Shown here one piece after another: positions 26,550 through 35,964 of a stretch of DNA of 35,964 bases (positions within the stretch are counted from its first letter, which is position 1; each line of letters opens with the position of its first letter). The notes beneath the pieces are model-generated. The model was not told the origin of the DNA. It searched no databases and worked only from the letters and a program-made list of their open reading frames with translations. Origin of the DNA: a virus. Its lineage: Duplodnaviria > Caudoviricetes. The stretch is from positions 1 through 35,964 of the IMG/VR virus record IMGVR_UViG_3300016476_000703. One strand, written 5' to 3'. A program made the translations under genes and the position numbers.

Positions 26550-27187
26550 ATTCCAAATCTTCCTCTAAGTGCATTAAAATTTTTACTGATTTCTGCATCA
26601 GTTAATATTCGATTGTATACAATGAAGTGACTGATATGCGAATTGGAAAATTCTCCTGATCCAGAAGAACTTCCAATTGCAAATCCATTAGGGCCATTTG
26701 TTCCATTAGCGTTAGACCCAGTATTAAGTTTCCCATTTACATAAAATGCCCATGAGTCAGTTGGTTGATTTCCGGTAGCTGCATATATTCTCCAGCTTGT
26801 GTCAGAAGGTCCGGCACCTGCACTAGTAACCCATCCTTCAGCATAATGATTTTGAGTAGTATTACTCCAATGTCCCATTAACCAGTTATTATTTTTTGCT
26901 GCAAATGTTCTCCCGCTTGCTACAACATAACGTGCAGCACCAAGTACTGTGTAAGTTGTATTAGTTAGATTGATTGGCACATCGATGTAATCGTTAACTC
27001 CATCAAGTACAATTACTCCACCATTAACAGAAGAAAATGTTGGCCCGTTTATCAGTGTTCCGTTATTCCCATTGCCGCTTAAGTCATACCAAACTGTTCC
27101 AGTACCAGGATACGACTTTACGTTACCAGCGTCGAGATAACAAATTAATCCACTTGTGACTATAGTTGGACTATGACTCAGACCCAC
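26546..27187 (-). CDS. LamG/concanavalin A-like lectin domain protein
   Basis: YLDAGNVKSYPGTGTVWYDLSGNGNNGTL, LDGVNDYI, FYVNG, VYNRILTDAEI..NFNALRGRFG. Confidence 0.8.
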   Translation of the reverse strand: MGLSHSPTIVTSGLICYLDAGNVKSYPGTGTVWYDLSGNGNNGTLINGPTFSSVNGGVIVLDGVNDYIDVPINLTNTTYTVLGAARYVVASGRTFAAKNNNWLMGHWSNTTQNHYAEGWVTSAGAGPSDTSWRIYAATGNQPTDSWAFYVNGKLNTGSNANGTNGPNGFAIGSSSGSGEFSNSHISHFIVYNRILTDAEISKNFNALRGRFGI

Positions 27188-27440
27188 TAATCATCTCCAT
27201 TGTTAAAGTCCAAGCTTCTGTTGATAGAATCGCAATAATTTCACTGTGGGTCAAGTATTCACCTTTAGTTGCTAAGTTTGCCACGCATGAAGGAACTTCA
27301 CCGTCCCACTTAACAAATGTTTTGGTACCATCAACTGATTTACGAACTGTATCTACGCTTGTTTCTAAAACTTGATTAAAATCAATTTGATCAAGTTCGC
27401 TAACGTCAAAAATTGCATATTGTCTAGTTTCAAATTCCAT
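27171..27440 (-). CDS. small acidic hypothetical protein in the LamG cluster
   Basis: 89-aa ORF overlapping both neighbours (IDFNQVLETS..TVRKSVDGTKTFVKW). Confidence 0.65.
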   Translation of the reverse strand: MEFETRQYAIFDVSELDQIDFNQVLETSVDTVRKSVDGTKTFVKWDGEVPSCVANLATKGEYLTHSEIIAILSTEAWTLTMEMISGSES

Positions 27441-28110
27441 AACGTCCCCTTAACGCATTAAAATTTCGTTTTACTTCAGCAAGTGTTAAAACCCTATTGT
27501 AAACTTTAGCGATCGATAAATCACCATTATAGTAATATGATTTACCACCTGTATAACCACCGTATGCTCCTATCGACATACCTCCACTGTTAGTCGCCAC
27601 TGTACCTGTTCTAGTGCCAGACCCAACTAATACTCCGTTGATATAACAATATTGATTACCATTAGTAAAAGTAAAAACTATTTGATACCAATTTGTAGTA
27701 TTCATGTAAGTGGCTGTAGAAACTATTACTGCGTCGACATAGGCTGAATTAAGAAAAACTCTACAATTTATAAACGTACCTTCTTGAAAAATACTATATT
27801 GTGTGTTGACAGTTCCTTTTTCAAACCAAAACCCGTTTTGATTTGTTGCATTAGTCCTTACCCAAACTTCAATAGTAAATGTTTGTACGTCTAGTGCAGT
27901 TGAGTTTGGAAATCTAATGTAGTCATCTGTTACAAAAGAAAAATACCCACTTGCATTAAATATTGGAGAATTTACTGTTTCACCTGCTGCCGCGCTGCCT
28001 ACTAAATCATAACAAGCAGTGCCTGTACTAGGATAAGATTTAATGTTTTTAGCATCAAAGTTAAAAACAAGTCCATCAGTAACTAGTTTTGGATTATATC
28101 CTATTCCCAT
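27430..28110 (-). CDS. LamG/concanavalin A-like lectin domain protein
   Basis: FTIEVWVR, WYQIVFTF, YINGVLVG, YNGD....KVYNRVLT.AEV..NFNALRGRYG. Confidence 0.82.
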   Translation of the reverse strand: MGIGYNPKLVTDGLVFNFDAKNIKSYPSTGTACYDLVGSAAAGETVNSPIFNASGYFSFVTDDYIRFPNSTALDVQTFTIEVWVRTNATNQNGFWFEKGTVNTQYSIFQEGTFINCRVFLNSAYVDAVIVSTATYMNTTNWYQIVFTFTNGNQYCYINGVLVGSGTRTGTVATNSGGMSIGAYGGYTGGKSYYYNGDLSIAKVYNRVLTLAEVKRNFNALRGRYGI

Positions 28111-28113
28111 AGA

Positions 28114-31100
28114 TCAATACTCCACTTCTATATCTGGTACGTCCTTACGAATAGCAGTGAAGCTCCAATAGAAACTAATACCAAACACTGAGTAACCTTC
28201 ACACCCAACTGTAAAGTAATTTTCTTCTACATTAATTTCATCAATCCACATAACTTGACTGTGCTTGATGTTAGTGATTTGTACTTGTGCGCCTTCACTC
28301 TTACACAAATCTTTAATGTAATCTGGCAACATAATCTTACAATGATTGCCTTCTAAACGACCTTGCCCTGTTAAGCGCACGCCGTGATATGGAGATTCTA
28401 AGCTACCATAGTGTAACTTCATACCAGGTTTGCTTGGGTGATCAATTAAGAAGCTCTTTGTGACCGCTGAAATTGTACCAGTTGAAGGATTAAATGTTAA
28501 CTTAGTTGTACTTACTTCTGGCGTAACAGCACTACCAGCAGCACTTACAAACACTGGATAATGTGTAGCATTTTGAGTTGTATCATCTGTAGCGTTTAAT
28601 AAGTTGTTTGGACCTGCGCTACCTGTAAAGCCAACTGATCCAGTAAATCCAATTGATCCTGTAAAGCCAATGCTACCAGTAAAACCAATGCTACCGGTAA
28701 AACCTCTTGATCCGGTAAAACCTTCAGATCCTGTAAATCCACGGCTACCAGTAAATCCTATTTGTGTACTTGCACTACCAGTGAAACCAATACTACCAGT
28801 AAAGCCAACGCTACCAGTGAAACCTATTTGTGTACTTGCACTACCAGTGAAACCAATACTACCAGTGAAACCAATACTACCAGTGAAACCTATTTGTGTG
28901 CTGGCGCTACCAGTAAATCCTTGACTACCTGTAAATCCAATACTACCAGTGAATCCAGCTTGTGTGCTTGCAGATCCAGTAAAGCCAATACTACCAGTGA
29001 AACCAATACTACCAGTGAAACCAATAGAGCCAGTAAATCCTCTGTCACCTTGGCTACCAGTAAATCCACGTGATCCAGTAAAGCCAACGCTACCAGTGAA
29101 TCCAGCTTGTGTGCTTGCAGATCCAGTAAAGCCAATACTACCAGTAAAGCCAATACTACCAGTGAAACCTATTTGTGTACTTGCACTACCGGTAAAGCCT
29201 TGACTTCCTGTATAACCAATGCTACCAGTGAAACCTATCTGTGTACTTGCACTACCAGTGAAACCTATTGACCCAGTAAACCCTTGGCTACCAGTAAACC
29301 CTGCTTGTGTACTTGCGCTACCAGTAAAACCTATTGACCCAGTGAAACCAATGCTACCAGTAAATCCACGTGATCCAGCGAATCCAGTTGAACCTGTAAA
29401 ACCAATGCTACCAGTAAATCCAGTACTACCAGTAAAACCTATTTGTGTACTTGCACTACCAGTAAAGCCGGTAGCACCAGTATCACCTTTATCACCTGTT
29501 CTTGCAAAAGTAATAACAATGTCTAAGTTATTAGTAAATGAGCTTGCACCTGCTAACCAAGCAATAGGAACAGCAAAATAGTTTGTATTATGAGTGTGAG
29601 CTCCAACTATACTAAACTGAGCAAAGTTAGCTGTGTTTGCTTTTTCAGTAATAGTAAAGTGACCTTTGATAGCGGAAGTTGAATCATCAATTGTTTGTAG
29701 ATAATTGAATACGCTAACACCAAGATCGTCAGTTTGATTAATGTACAAGGAACTGCTTAATTGTGCGTTAGCATTGTTAAGCTGTAGCTTACCTGTACCA
29801 GGATCAGTATTAGTAGTAGTTGTGCTGAATGTATAATCAAATGCAGCGCCGCCAAATGTTCCTGGATCACCCTTGCTACCTGTAAAGCCAATTGATCCGG
29901 TAAATCCACGTGATCCCGCAAATCCTGTACTACCAGTAAATCCAACGCTACCAGTAAATCCAACGCTACCAGTAAAACCAATTGATCCAGTAAAACCAAT
30001 AGATCCTGTAAATCCTACGCTGCCAGTGAAACCAATACTACCAGTAAAGCCAATGCTACCAGTGTAACCAGTTGATCCAGTAAATCCAGTTGAACCTGTA
30101 AATCCAATGCTACCCGTAAATCCAGCTTGTGTACTTGCACTGCCAGTGAAACCTTGACTTCCTGTATACCCAATACTACCAGTAAAACCTATCTGTGTGC
30201 TTGCACTACCGGTAAAACCAATGCTGCCTGTATAACCAATACTTCCAGTAAATCCAGTAACACCTTGAATACCTTGACTTCCAGTAAATCCAATAGACCC
30301 AGTAAATCCAATGCTACCTGTAAATCCAGCTTGTGTACTTGCACTACCAGTGAAACCAATACTACCAGTAAAGCCAATACTACCAGTAAAGCCACGTGAT
30401 CCAACAAATCCAGTTGATCCTGTAAATCCAGTAGAACCTGTATAACCAATTGAACCAGTGTAACCTATCTGTGTACTTGCACTACCTGTAAAGCCAATGC
30501 TACCAGTAAAACCAATTGATCCAGTAAAACCTATCTGTGTACTTGCACTACCTGTAAAACCAATTGATCCTGTATAACCAATAGATCCAGTGAAACCAGC
30601 TTGTGTTGACGCACTACCAGTGAAACCAATGCTACCTGTAAATCCAATAATACCTTGGCTACCTGTAAAACCAATGCTACCAGTAAAACCAATTGATCCA
30701 GTAAATCCAGTTGATCCTGTAAAGCCAATACTACCAGTGAAACCTATTTGTGTACTTGCGCTACCTGTGAAACCAATTGATCCTGTAAAGCCAATGCTAC
30801 CTGTAAAGCCACGTGAACCAGCAAATCCAGTGGACCCAGTAAAGCCAGTGGACCCAGTAAAGCCAATACTACCAGTGAAACCTATTTGTGTACTTGCGCT
30901 ACCAGTAAAACCTTGACTTCCTGTATAACCAATACTACCAGTAAAACCTATCTGTGTACTTGCACTACCTGTAAAACCAATTGATCCTGTATAACCAATA
31001 GATCCAGTGAAACCAGCTTGAGTTGATGCACTACCAGTGAAACCAATACTACCAGTAAATCCTTGGCTACCTGTAAAGCCAGTAACACCTTGAATACCTT

Positions 31101-34100
31101 GACTACCTGTAAAGCCAATGCTACCTGTAAAGCCAATGCTACCTGTATAACCTATTTGTGTTGAAGCACTACCAGTAAAGCCAATGCTACCAGTGTAACC
31201 AATGCTACCAGTAAAGCCTCTTGATCCAGTAAATCCAGTTGATCCTGTAAAGCCTATGCTACCAGTAAAGCCAGTAGCACCAGTATCACCTTTGTCACCT
31301 GTTCTTGCAAATGTAATAATTACATCTTCGTTATTAGTAAATGATGTTACACCTGTGATATAAGCACAATTTACATCAAAGTAACCAGTTTGTTCTGTTA
31401 TACTTGTAATAGTAAAGATAGCAAAATCACTTGCATCTAATCTGTTACTTACTCTAAAGTGACCTTTTAGTTGGCTTGTGCTATCATCAATTGTACGCAG
31501 GAACGTTTGTATATCAACTGCACCATCATTAGTGTCATCAATATACATTGTAGTAGCTAGTGAAATGTCTAAGTTATTAAATCTTAACTTACCTGTTCCT
31601 GGATCACCAGCTGTAGTTGTTGAATCAAATGTATAATCAAATGTAGCACCACCAAAGTTACCATCAGCGCCCTTACTACCTGTAAAGCCTGTGACACCTT
31701 GATCTCCTTTGCTACCTGTAAATCCAGTAGAACCTGTAAATCCTATACTACCTGTAAAACCAGCAATGCCTTGGCTACCAGTAAAACCTATGCTACCTGT
31801 AAAACCAATTGATCCAGTATAACCTTGACTACCAGCAAAACCAGTTGATCCCGTAAAACCAATGCTACCAGTAAATCCAATTGATCCTGTAAAGCCGCGT
31901 GATCCAGCAAAACCAGTTGATCCTGTATAACCAATACTACCTGTAAACCCTATCTGTGTACTTGCACTACCAGTAAAGCCAACACTACCTGTATAACCAA
32001 TAGATCCAGTGAAACCTATTTGTGTACTTGCACTGCCTGTGAAACCAATGCTACCAGTGTAACCAGTTGATCCAGTAAATCCAGTTGATCCAGTAAAACC
32101 AATTGACCCAGTAAAACCAATACTACCTGTGAAACCAATACTACCAGTGAAACCAGCTTGTGTACTTGCACTGCCTGTGAAACCAATTGATCCTGTGAAA
32201 CCAATTGATCCTGTAAACCCAATGCTACCTGTGTAACCAGTTGAACCTGTAAATCCAATACTACCAGTATAACCTTCTTGTGTACTTGCACTACCAGTGA
32301 ACCCAATGCTACCAGTAAATCCAATTGATCCTGTAAAGCCGCGTGATCCAGAAAAACCAGTTGATCCAGTGTACCCTGTTGATCCTGTATAACCAATTGA
32401 TCCGGTAAATCCAGCTTGTGTGCTTGCGCTGCCTGTGAAACCTTGACTACCAGTGTAACCTATACTTCCAGTGTAACCTATTTGTGTGCTTGCACTACCG
32501 GTAAAACCAATTGACCCAGTAAATCCAGTTGATCCTGTAAAACCAGCCTGTGTGCTTGCACTACCAGTGAAACCAATACTACCAGTGAAACCAATGCTAC
32601 CTGTGTAACCAATAGATCCTGTAAATCCTACGCTGCCAGTGAAACCAATACTACCAGTAAAGCCAATGCTACCAGTGTAACCAGTTGATCCAGTAAATCC
32701 AGTTGATCCTGTAAAACCTCTTGATCCAGTATAACCTTCTGATCCAGTAAAACCGCGTGAGCCAGTAAAACCAATTGATCCTGTGTAACCAGTTGAACCT
32801 GTAAAGCCAGTAGCACCAGTATCACCTTTATCACCAGTTCTTGCAAAAGTAATAATTACGTCTTCATTATTTGAGAATGATGTATTACCATTTATAAATC
32901 CGCAATTTACTGTAAAGTATCCAGTTTCTTCAACTATACTTGTAATAGTAAAGATAGCAAAATCATTTGCATCCAAACGATTGCTTATTCTAAAGTGACC
33001 TTTTAGTTGACTTGTACTATCATCAATAGTTCTTAAAAATTGTTGTATATCAATTGCACCGTCGTTAGTGTCATCAATATACATTGCAGTTGATAAACTG
33101 AGATCAGAGTTATTAAATTTAAGATAACCAGTACCTGGGTCTGAATTAGTTGTATTTGTAGAGAACGTATAATCAAATGTAGCACCACCAAAGTTACCGT
33201 CAGCACCTTTACTACCAGTAAAACCAATTGATCCAGTATAACCTTGACTACCAGCAAATCCAGTTGAACCCGTAAAACCAATGCTTCCAGTAAAACCAAT
33301 ACTACCAGTGTAACCAGTTGATCCAGTAAAACCAGTGCTGCCAGTAAAACCAATTGATCCTGTAAATCCAATGCTACCAGTGTAACCAGTTGATCCAGTA
33401 AATCCAGTTGATCCAGTAAATCCTTGACTACCTACAAAACCTGTTGATCCAGTATAACCAGTGCTACCAGTGAACCCAATACTACCAGTAAATCCTATAC
33501 TACCAGTAAAACCACGTGAACCGGCAAATCCAGTTGACCCGGTGTAACCAATTGAACCAGTGTAACCTATCTGTGTACTTGCACTACCTGTAAAACCAAC
33601 GCTACCTGTGTAACCAATTGATCCAGTAAAACCTATTTGTGTTGATGCACTGCCGGTAAAACCAATTGATCCAGTGTAACCTTGACTACCAGTGTAACCC
33701 TGGCTACCAGTGTAACCTTGACTACCAGTAAAGCCAATGCTACCAGTGTAACCAGTTGATCCAGTAAATCCAGTTGATCCAGTAAATCCTTGACTACCTG
33801 TGTAACCTTCAGATCCAGTAAAACCTATGCTACCAGTAAAGCCAGTTGAACCTGTAAATCCACGTGATCCAGTAAAACCTATGCTACCAGTAAAGCCTAT
33901 GCTACCAGTAAAGCCTATGCTACCAGTAAATCCAATGCTACCTGTGTAACCAATCGATCCAGTAAAGCCAGCTTGTGTACTTGCGCTACCAGTAAAACCT
34001 ATACTGCCAGTAAAACCTCTTGATCCAGTAAAACCTTGACTACCTGTATATCCTTGAACAGAATTTAAACTCCAGGCGCCGCCTGTTTTAATATATAATC

Positions 34101-34206
34101 TTAAAGTATCTGTTTCATAAAACGTGGCGCCATCTGGAACGTTTGTTGGTTTAGTATCAGTACTCAATCCAACAAACTTGTCACCTACATATCGTTTTAT
34201 AGCCAT
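28114..34206 (-). CDS. giant (2030 aa) proline-free collagen-like fibre with three globular inserts and a C-terminal chaperone-like domain
   Basis: Four long tracts of G-[FY]-T-G-S-x; three copies of an approximately 120-aa FGGA.FDYTF...VITFARTGDKGDTG domain; C-terminal KSFLIDHP...LESP...LPDY domain. Confidence 0.85.
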   Translation of the reverse strand: MAIKRYVGDKFVGLSTDTKPTNVPDGATFYETDTLRLYIKTGGAWSLNSVQGYTGSQGFTGSRGFTGSIGFTGSASTQAGFTGSIGYTGSIGFTGSIGFTGSIGFTGSIGFTGSRGFTGSTGFTGSIGFTGSEGYTGSQGFTGSTGFTGSTGYTGSIGFTGSQGYTGSQGYTGSQGYTGSIGFTGSASTQIGFTGSIGYTGSVGFTGSASTQIGYTGSIGYTGSTGFAGSRGFTGSIGFTGSIGFTGSTGYTGSTGFVGSQGFTGSTGFTGSTGYTGSIGFTGSIGFTGSTGFTGSTGYTGSIGFTGSIGFTGSTGFAGSQGYTGSIGFTGSKGADGNFGGATFDYTFSTNTTNSDPGTGYLKFNNSDLSLSTAMYIDDTNDGAIDIQQFLRTIDDSTSQLKGHFRISNRLDANDFAIFTITSIVEETGYFTVNCGFINGNTSFSNNEDVIITFARTGDKGDTGATGFTGSTGYTGSIGFTGSRGFTGSEGYTGSRGFTGSTGFTGSTGYTGSIGFTGSIGFTGSVGFTGSIGYTGSIGFTGSIGFTGSASTQAGFTGSTGFTGSIGFTGSASTQIGYTGSIGYTGSQGFTGSASTQAGFTGSIGYTGSTGYTGSTGFSGSRGFTGSIGFTGSIGFTGSASTQEGYTGSIGFTGSTGYTGSIGFTGSIGFTGSIGFTGSASTQAGFTGSIGFTGSIGFTGSIGFTGSTGFTGSTGYTGSIGFTGSASTQIGFTGSIGYTGSVGFTGSASTQIGFTGSIGYTGSTGFAGSRGFTGSIGFTGSIGFTGSTGFAGSQGYTGSIGFTGSIGFTGSQGIAGFTGSIGFTGSTGFTGSKGDQGVTGFTGSKGADGNFGGATFDYTFDSTTTAGDPGTGKLRFNNLDISLATTMYIDDTNDGAVDIQTFLRTIDDSTSQLKGHFRVSNRLDASDFAIFTITSITEQTGYFDVNCAYITGVTSFTNNEDVIITFARTGDKGDTGATGFTGSIGFTGSTGFTGSRGFTGSIGYTGSIGFTGSASTQIGYTGSIGFTGSIGFTGSQGIQGVTGFTGSQGFTGSIGFTGSASTQAGFTGSIGYTGSIGFTGSASTQIGFTGSIGYTGSQGFTGSASTQIGFTGSIGFTGSTGFTGSTGFAGSRGFTGSIGFTGSIGFTGSASTQIGFTGSIGFTGSTGFTGSIGFTGSIGFTGSQGIIGFTGSIGFTGSASTQAGFTGSIGYTGSIGFTGSASTQIGFTGSIGFTGSIGFTGSASTQIGYTGSIGYTGSTGFTGSTGFVGSRGFTGSIGFTGSIGFTGSASTQAGFTGSIGFTGSIGFTGSQGIQGVTGFTGSIGYTGSIGFTGSASTQIGFTGSIGYTGSQGFTGSASTQAGFTGSIGFTGSTGFTGSTGYTGSIGFTGSIGFTGSVGFTGSIGFTGSIGFTGSVGFTGSVGFTGSTGFAGSRGFTGSIGFTGSKGDPGTFGGAAFDYTFSTTTTNTDPGTGKLQLNNANAQLSSSLYINQTDDLGVSVFNYLQTIDDSTSAIKGHFTITEKANTANFAQFSIVGAHTHNTNYFAVPIAWLAGASSFTNNLDIVITFARTGDKGDTGATGFTGSASTQIGFTGSTGFTGSIGFTGSTGFAGSRGFTGSIGFTGSIGFTGSASTQAGFTGSQGFTGSIGFTGSASTQIGFTGSIGYTGSQGFTGSASTQIGFTGSIGFTGSIGFTGSASTQAGFTGSVGFTGSRGFTGSQGDRGFTGSIGFTGSIGFTGSIGFTGSASTQAGFTGSIGFTGSQGFTGSASTQIGFTGSIGFTGSIGFTGSASTQIGFTGSVGFTGSIGFTGSASTQIGFTGSRGFTGSEGFTGSRGFTGSIGFTGSIGFTGSIGFTGSVGFTGSAGPNNLLNATDDTTQNATHYPVFVSAAGSAVTPEVSTTKLTFNPSTGTISAVTKSFLIDHPSKPGMKLHYGSLESPYHGVRLTGQGRLEGNHCKIMLPDYIKDLCKSEGAQVQITNIKHSQVMWIDEINVEENYFTVGCEGYSVFGISFYWSFTAIRKDVPDIEVEY
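28615..34055 (-). repeat. coding 18-nt tandem repeat (GFTGSx) with interspersed 12-nt STQ[AI] inserts
   Basis: Recurrent + strand units such as 'ccagtaaaaccaatgcta' and 'tgtgtacttgcactacc'; interrupted by three non-repeat domains at about 29490-29862, 31290-31663 and 32830-33198. Confidence 0.95.
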
Positions 34207-34238
34207 GGTTTATCGCAATCTCACAAAATATTCTAGTA

Positions 34239-34246
34239 TATTTATA
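34239..34246 (-). promoter_or_regulatory. T4-type late promoter TATAAATA
   Basis: Exact match about 33 nt upstream of the giant fibre gene. Confidence 0.75.
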
Positions 34247-34309
34247 AGAATAGATATTTAAATTATATGCTCAATTATGTTATGTTATTATTATTTGGAT
34301 TAACAAAAT

Positions 34310-35964
34310 ATGCTTAAAATCGCTATTATTGACACTGTTGGATTAACATATGACGGTAACACTCTTCGAAATAGAGGACTTGGTGGTTCTGAATCTGCTG
34401 TTATTTTAATAAGCAAGGAACTTGCAAAACTTGGGTTTAAAGTAACTGTCTATAATAATTGTATAGATAGTCAGGCAAAACCTGGAATATATAATGGTGT
34501 AAGATTTATCGACCACACGCAGATAAATCAATTTGAAGATGAGTACGATGTTGTGCTTTCATCTCGTTCTGTTTTTCCGTTTTTTCCAGGATCAATATAT
34601 CATTTTATTCCTAAAAGCAAATGGAAAGTATTATGGATGCATGATACTTTTTGCAAAGGTGATGAACTTATTGAAGAAATGGTGATGTCTGGAGTAATCA
34701 ACGAAGTCTTCACATTAAGTGATTTTCATACAAATTATACGCTAAACAATGAGCATGGTAAAAAGCGTATGTTTGATGTACTCAAACATCGCAACTTTCA
34801 AACACGCAATGGTGCAGTAAAATATATTGATGAAGTTGACTTAAACAAAAAAGATCCCAATCATTTTGTTTACAATGCAAGTGTTACTAAAGGATTAAAA
34901 CCTTTACTTCAGATGATTTGGCCAGACGTAAAGCGTTTAATTCCTAATGCACATCTCACTGTCATTGGGGGTTATTATCGTTTTAGAGACGGTAGCGAAC
35001 CAGATGAACAAGAAAAAGATCTAGTTAACTTTAAGGAAGATGAACGTTATAAGAAGCTTGGTGTAAGTTTTACTGGTGTAATTACGCAACAGGAAATCGC
35101 AAAAATTTTATCTAATGCAACTTATATGATATACCCTGCAGATTTTCCTGAAACGTTTGGTATATCAACATTGGAAAGTTTACTATATCGTACACCACTA
35201 ATCACATGTAGATTTGGCGCACTAGAAGAAACAGCTATTGATCTTGCCTGCTATAAGTTAGATTATCCTGCTGTGCCAAACAGTGTGTATCCTCATATTG
35301 ATGCAATTGGTCAAGCAGATGCATTTATTAAGATGACTTACGCGGCATATCATACTCCATATTTGTTAAAACAAAAGCAAAACTATTGCGATGTTGTAAA
35401 TGATACTTATGGATGGGACACAATTGCGCTTCAATGGAAGCAGCATTTGTATATGCGATTAGGTCTATTTTTATCTGCTGATGAATTTAGACATGTAAGT
35501 CGTTTAAATGAAAAAGTAGCGAGAATCCACGGTCGTAGATTTAACAATGAAGTAGATCGTCGCTGTTTCCGTAGTTCAGGAAATCAACAGCGTATTTCTG
35601 TACTAATGCCATTCTTTAACTCTCAAGATTATATTGAAAAAGCAATACGAAGTATTGCACAACAGGACTATGAAAATTATCAACTCATTATGATTGATGA
35701 TGCTTCTACTGACAATAGTTTAAGCGTATCAAAAAGGACAATTGAACAATTGTCTAGAGATTTTCAAAGTAAAGTTAAAATTATAGTAAACAAAAATAAT
35801 CGCGGTGCGGTGTTTAATCATTATCATGCACTAAAGCACACAGATGAAAATGATATTATAATGCTAGTAGATGGTGATGATTGGCTTGTAAACAACAACA
35901 CTATTTTTCATCTATATAACAATTTGTATCAACAAGGTGCAGAATTTACATATGGTAGTTGTTG
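34310..35964 (+). CDS. fused glycosyltransferase (GT4/GT-B plus GT2/GT-A), runs off the window; not in ORF track
   Basis: ATG 34310: MLKIAIIDTVGLTYDG...GLGGSESAV...ELAKLGFKVTVYNNC; in-frame YPADFPETFGISTLES (E-x7-E at 35150); in-frame RISVLMPFFN...IDDASTD...VDGDDW from 35591. Confidence 0.9.
   Translation, partial: MLKIAIIDTVGLTYDGNTLRNRGLGGSESAVILISKELAKLGFKVTVYNNCIDSQAKPGIYNGVRFIDHTQINQFEDEYDVVLSSRSVFPFFPGSIYHFIPKSKWKVLWMHDTFCKGDELIEEMVMSGVINEVFTLSDFHTNYTLNNEHGKKRMFDVLKHRNFQTRNGAVKYIDEVDLNKKDPNHFVYNASVTKGLKPLLQMIWPDVKRLIPNAHLTVIGGYYRFRDGSEPDEQEKDLVNFKEDERYKKLGVSFTGVITQQEIAKILSNATYMIYPADFPETFGISTLESLLYRTPLITCRFGALEETAIDLACYKLDYPAVPNSVYPHIDAIGQADAFIKMTYAAYHTPYLLKQKQNYCDVVNDTYGWDTIALQWKQHLYMRLGLFLSADEFRHVSRLNEKVARIHGRRFNNEVDRRCFRSSGNQQRISVLMPFFNSQDYIEKAIRSIAQQDYENYQLIMIDDASTDNSLSVSKRTIEQLSRDFQSKVKIIVNKNNRGAVFNHYHALKHTDENDIIMLVDGDDWLVNNNTIFHLYNNLYQQGAEFTYGSC

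Noticed and set aside
25890-28110. Diversity-generating retroelement acting on the LamG genes
   Set aside because: No reverse transcriptase and no template/variable repeat pair with adenine-specific mismatches seen in the window.
28604-33371. Many + strand and off-frame ORFs (PVKP-rich or LLVVL-rich) over the giant fibre, and similar ones at 19062-19643 and 24992-25389
   Set aside because: Shadows of the GFTGS repeat in other frames, with no independent translation signals.
28615-34055. CRISPR array or ice-nucleation protein
   Set aside because: Repeats are in-frame coding units with synonymous variation and no unique spacers. The STQ/GY similarity to InaZ lacks the 8/16-residue AGYGSTxTA periodicity.
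1-35964. Stop-codon reassignment, tRNA or rRNA genes
   Set aside because: Core genes are full length in the standard code, and intergenic gaps are short with no cloverleaf or rRNA-like sequence noticed by eye.

Overview
AT-rich segment of a large T4-superfamily (contractile-tailed) phage genome covering the late/virion module. Core genes are head-completion gp4, a probable small terminase, a tube-fold baseplate protein, tail tube gp19, an enlarged 1092-aa sheath gp18, dNMP kinase, neck gp13/gp14, tail terminator gp15 and a Nudix hydrolase, with T4-type TATAAATA late promoters. A 16-kb fibre cluster follows: proline-free collagen-like G-[FY]-T-G-S-x proteins, three LamG paralogues and auto-cleaving chaperone domains. 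It is flanked by glycosyltransferase-like genes. The most striking feature is at the left end (1-3180). An HlyC-type (RTX toxin-activating) lysine acyltransferase lies upstream of two genes whose N-terminal Hint domains have lost the N-terminal splicing residues but keep the C-terminal His-Asn, and so should self-cleave to expose Lys-rich N-termini. A 56-aa peptide resembling an isolated, inactive Hint C-fragment sits between them. This suggests a phage 'autoprocess then lipidate' system. Five ORFs missing from the supplied track were found by hand: the second Hint gene, the 56-aa peptide, an ArfA-like peptide, a 39-aa membrane peptide and a GT4-GT2 fusion. All family assignments are motif recognition by eye; no database searches were run.
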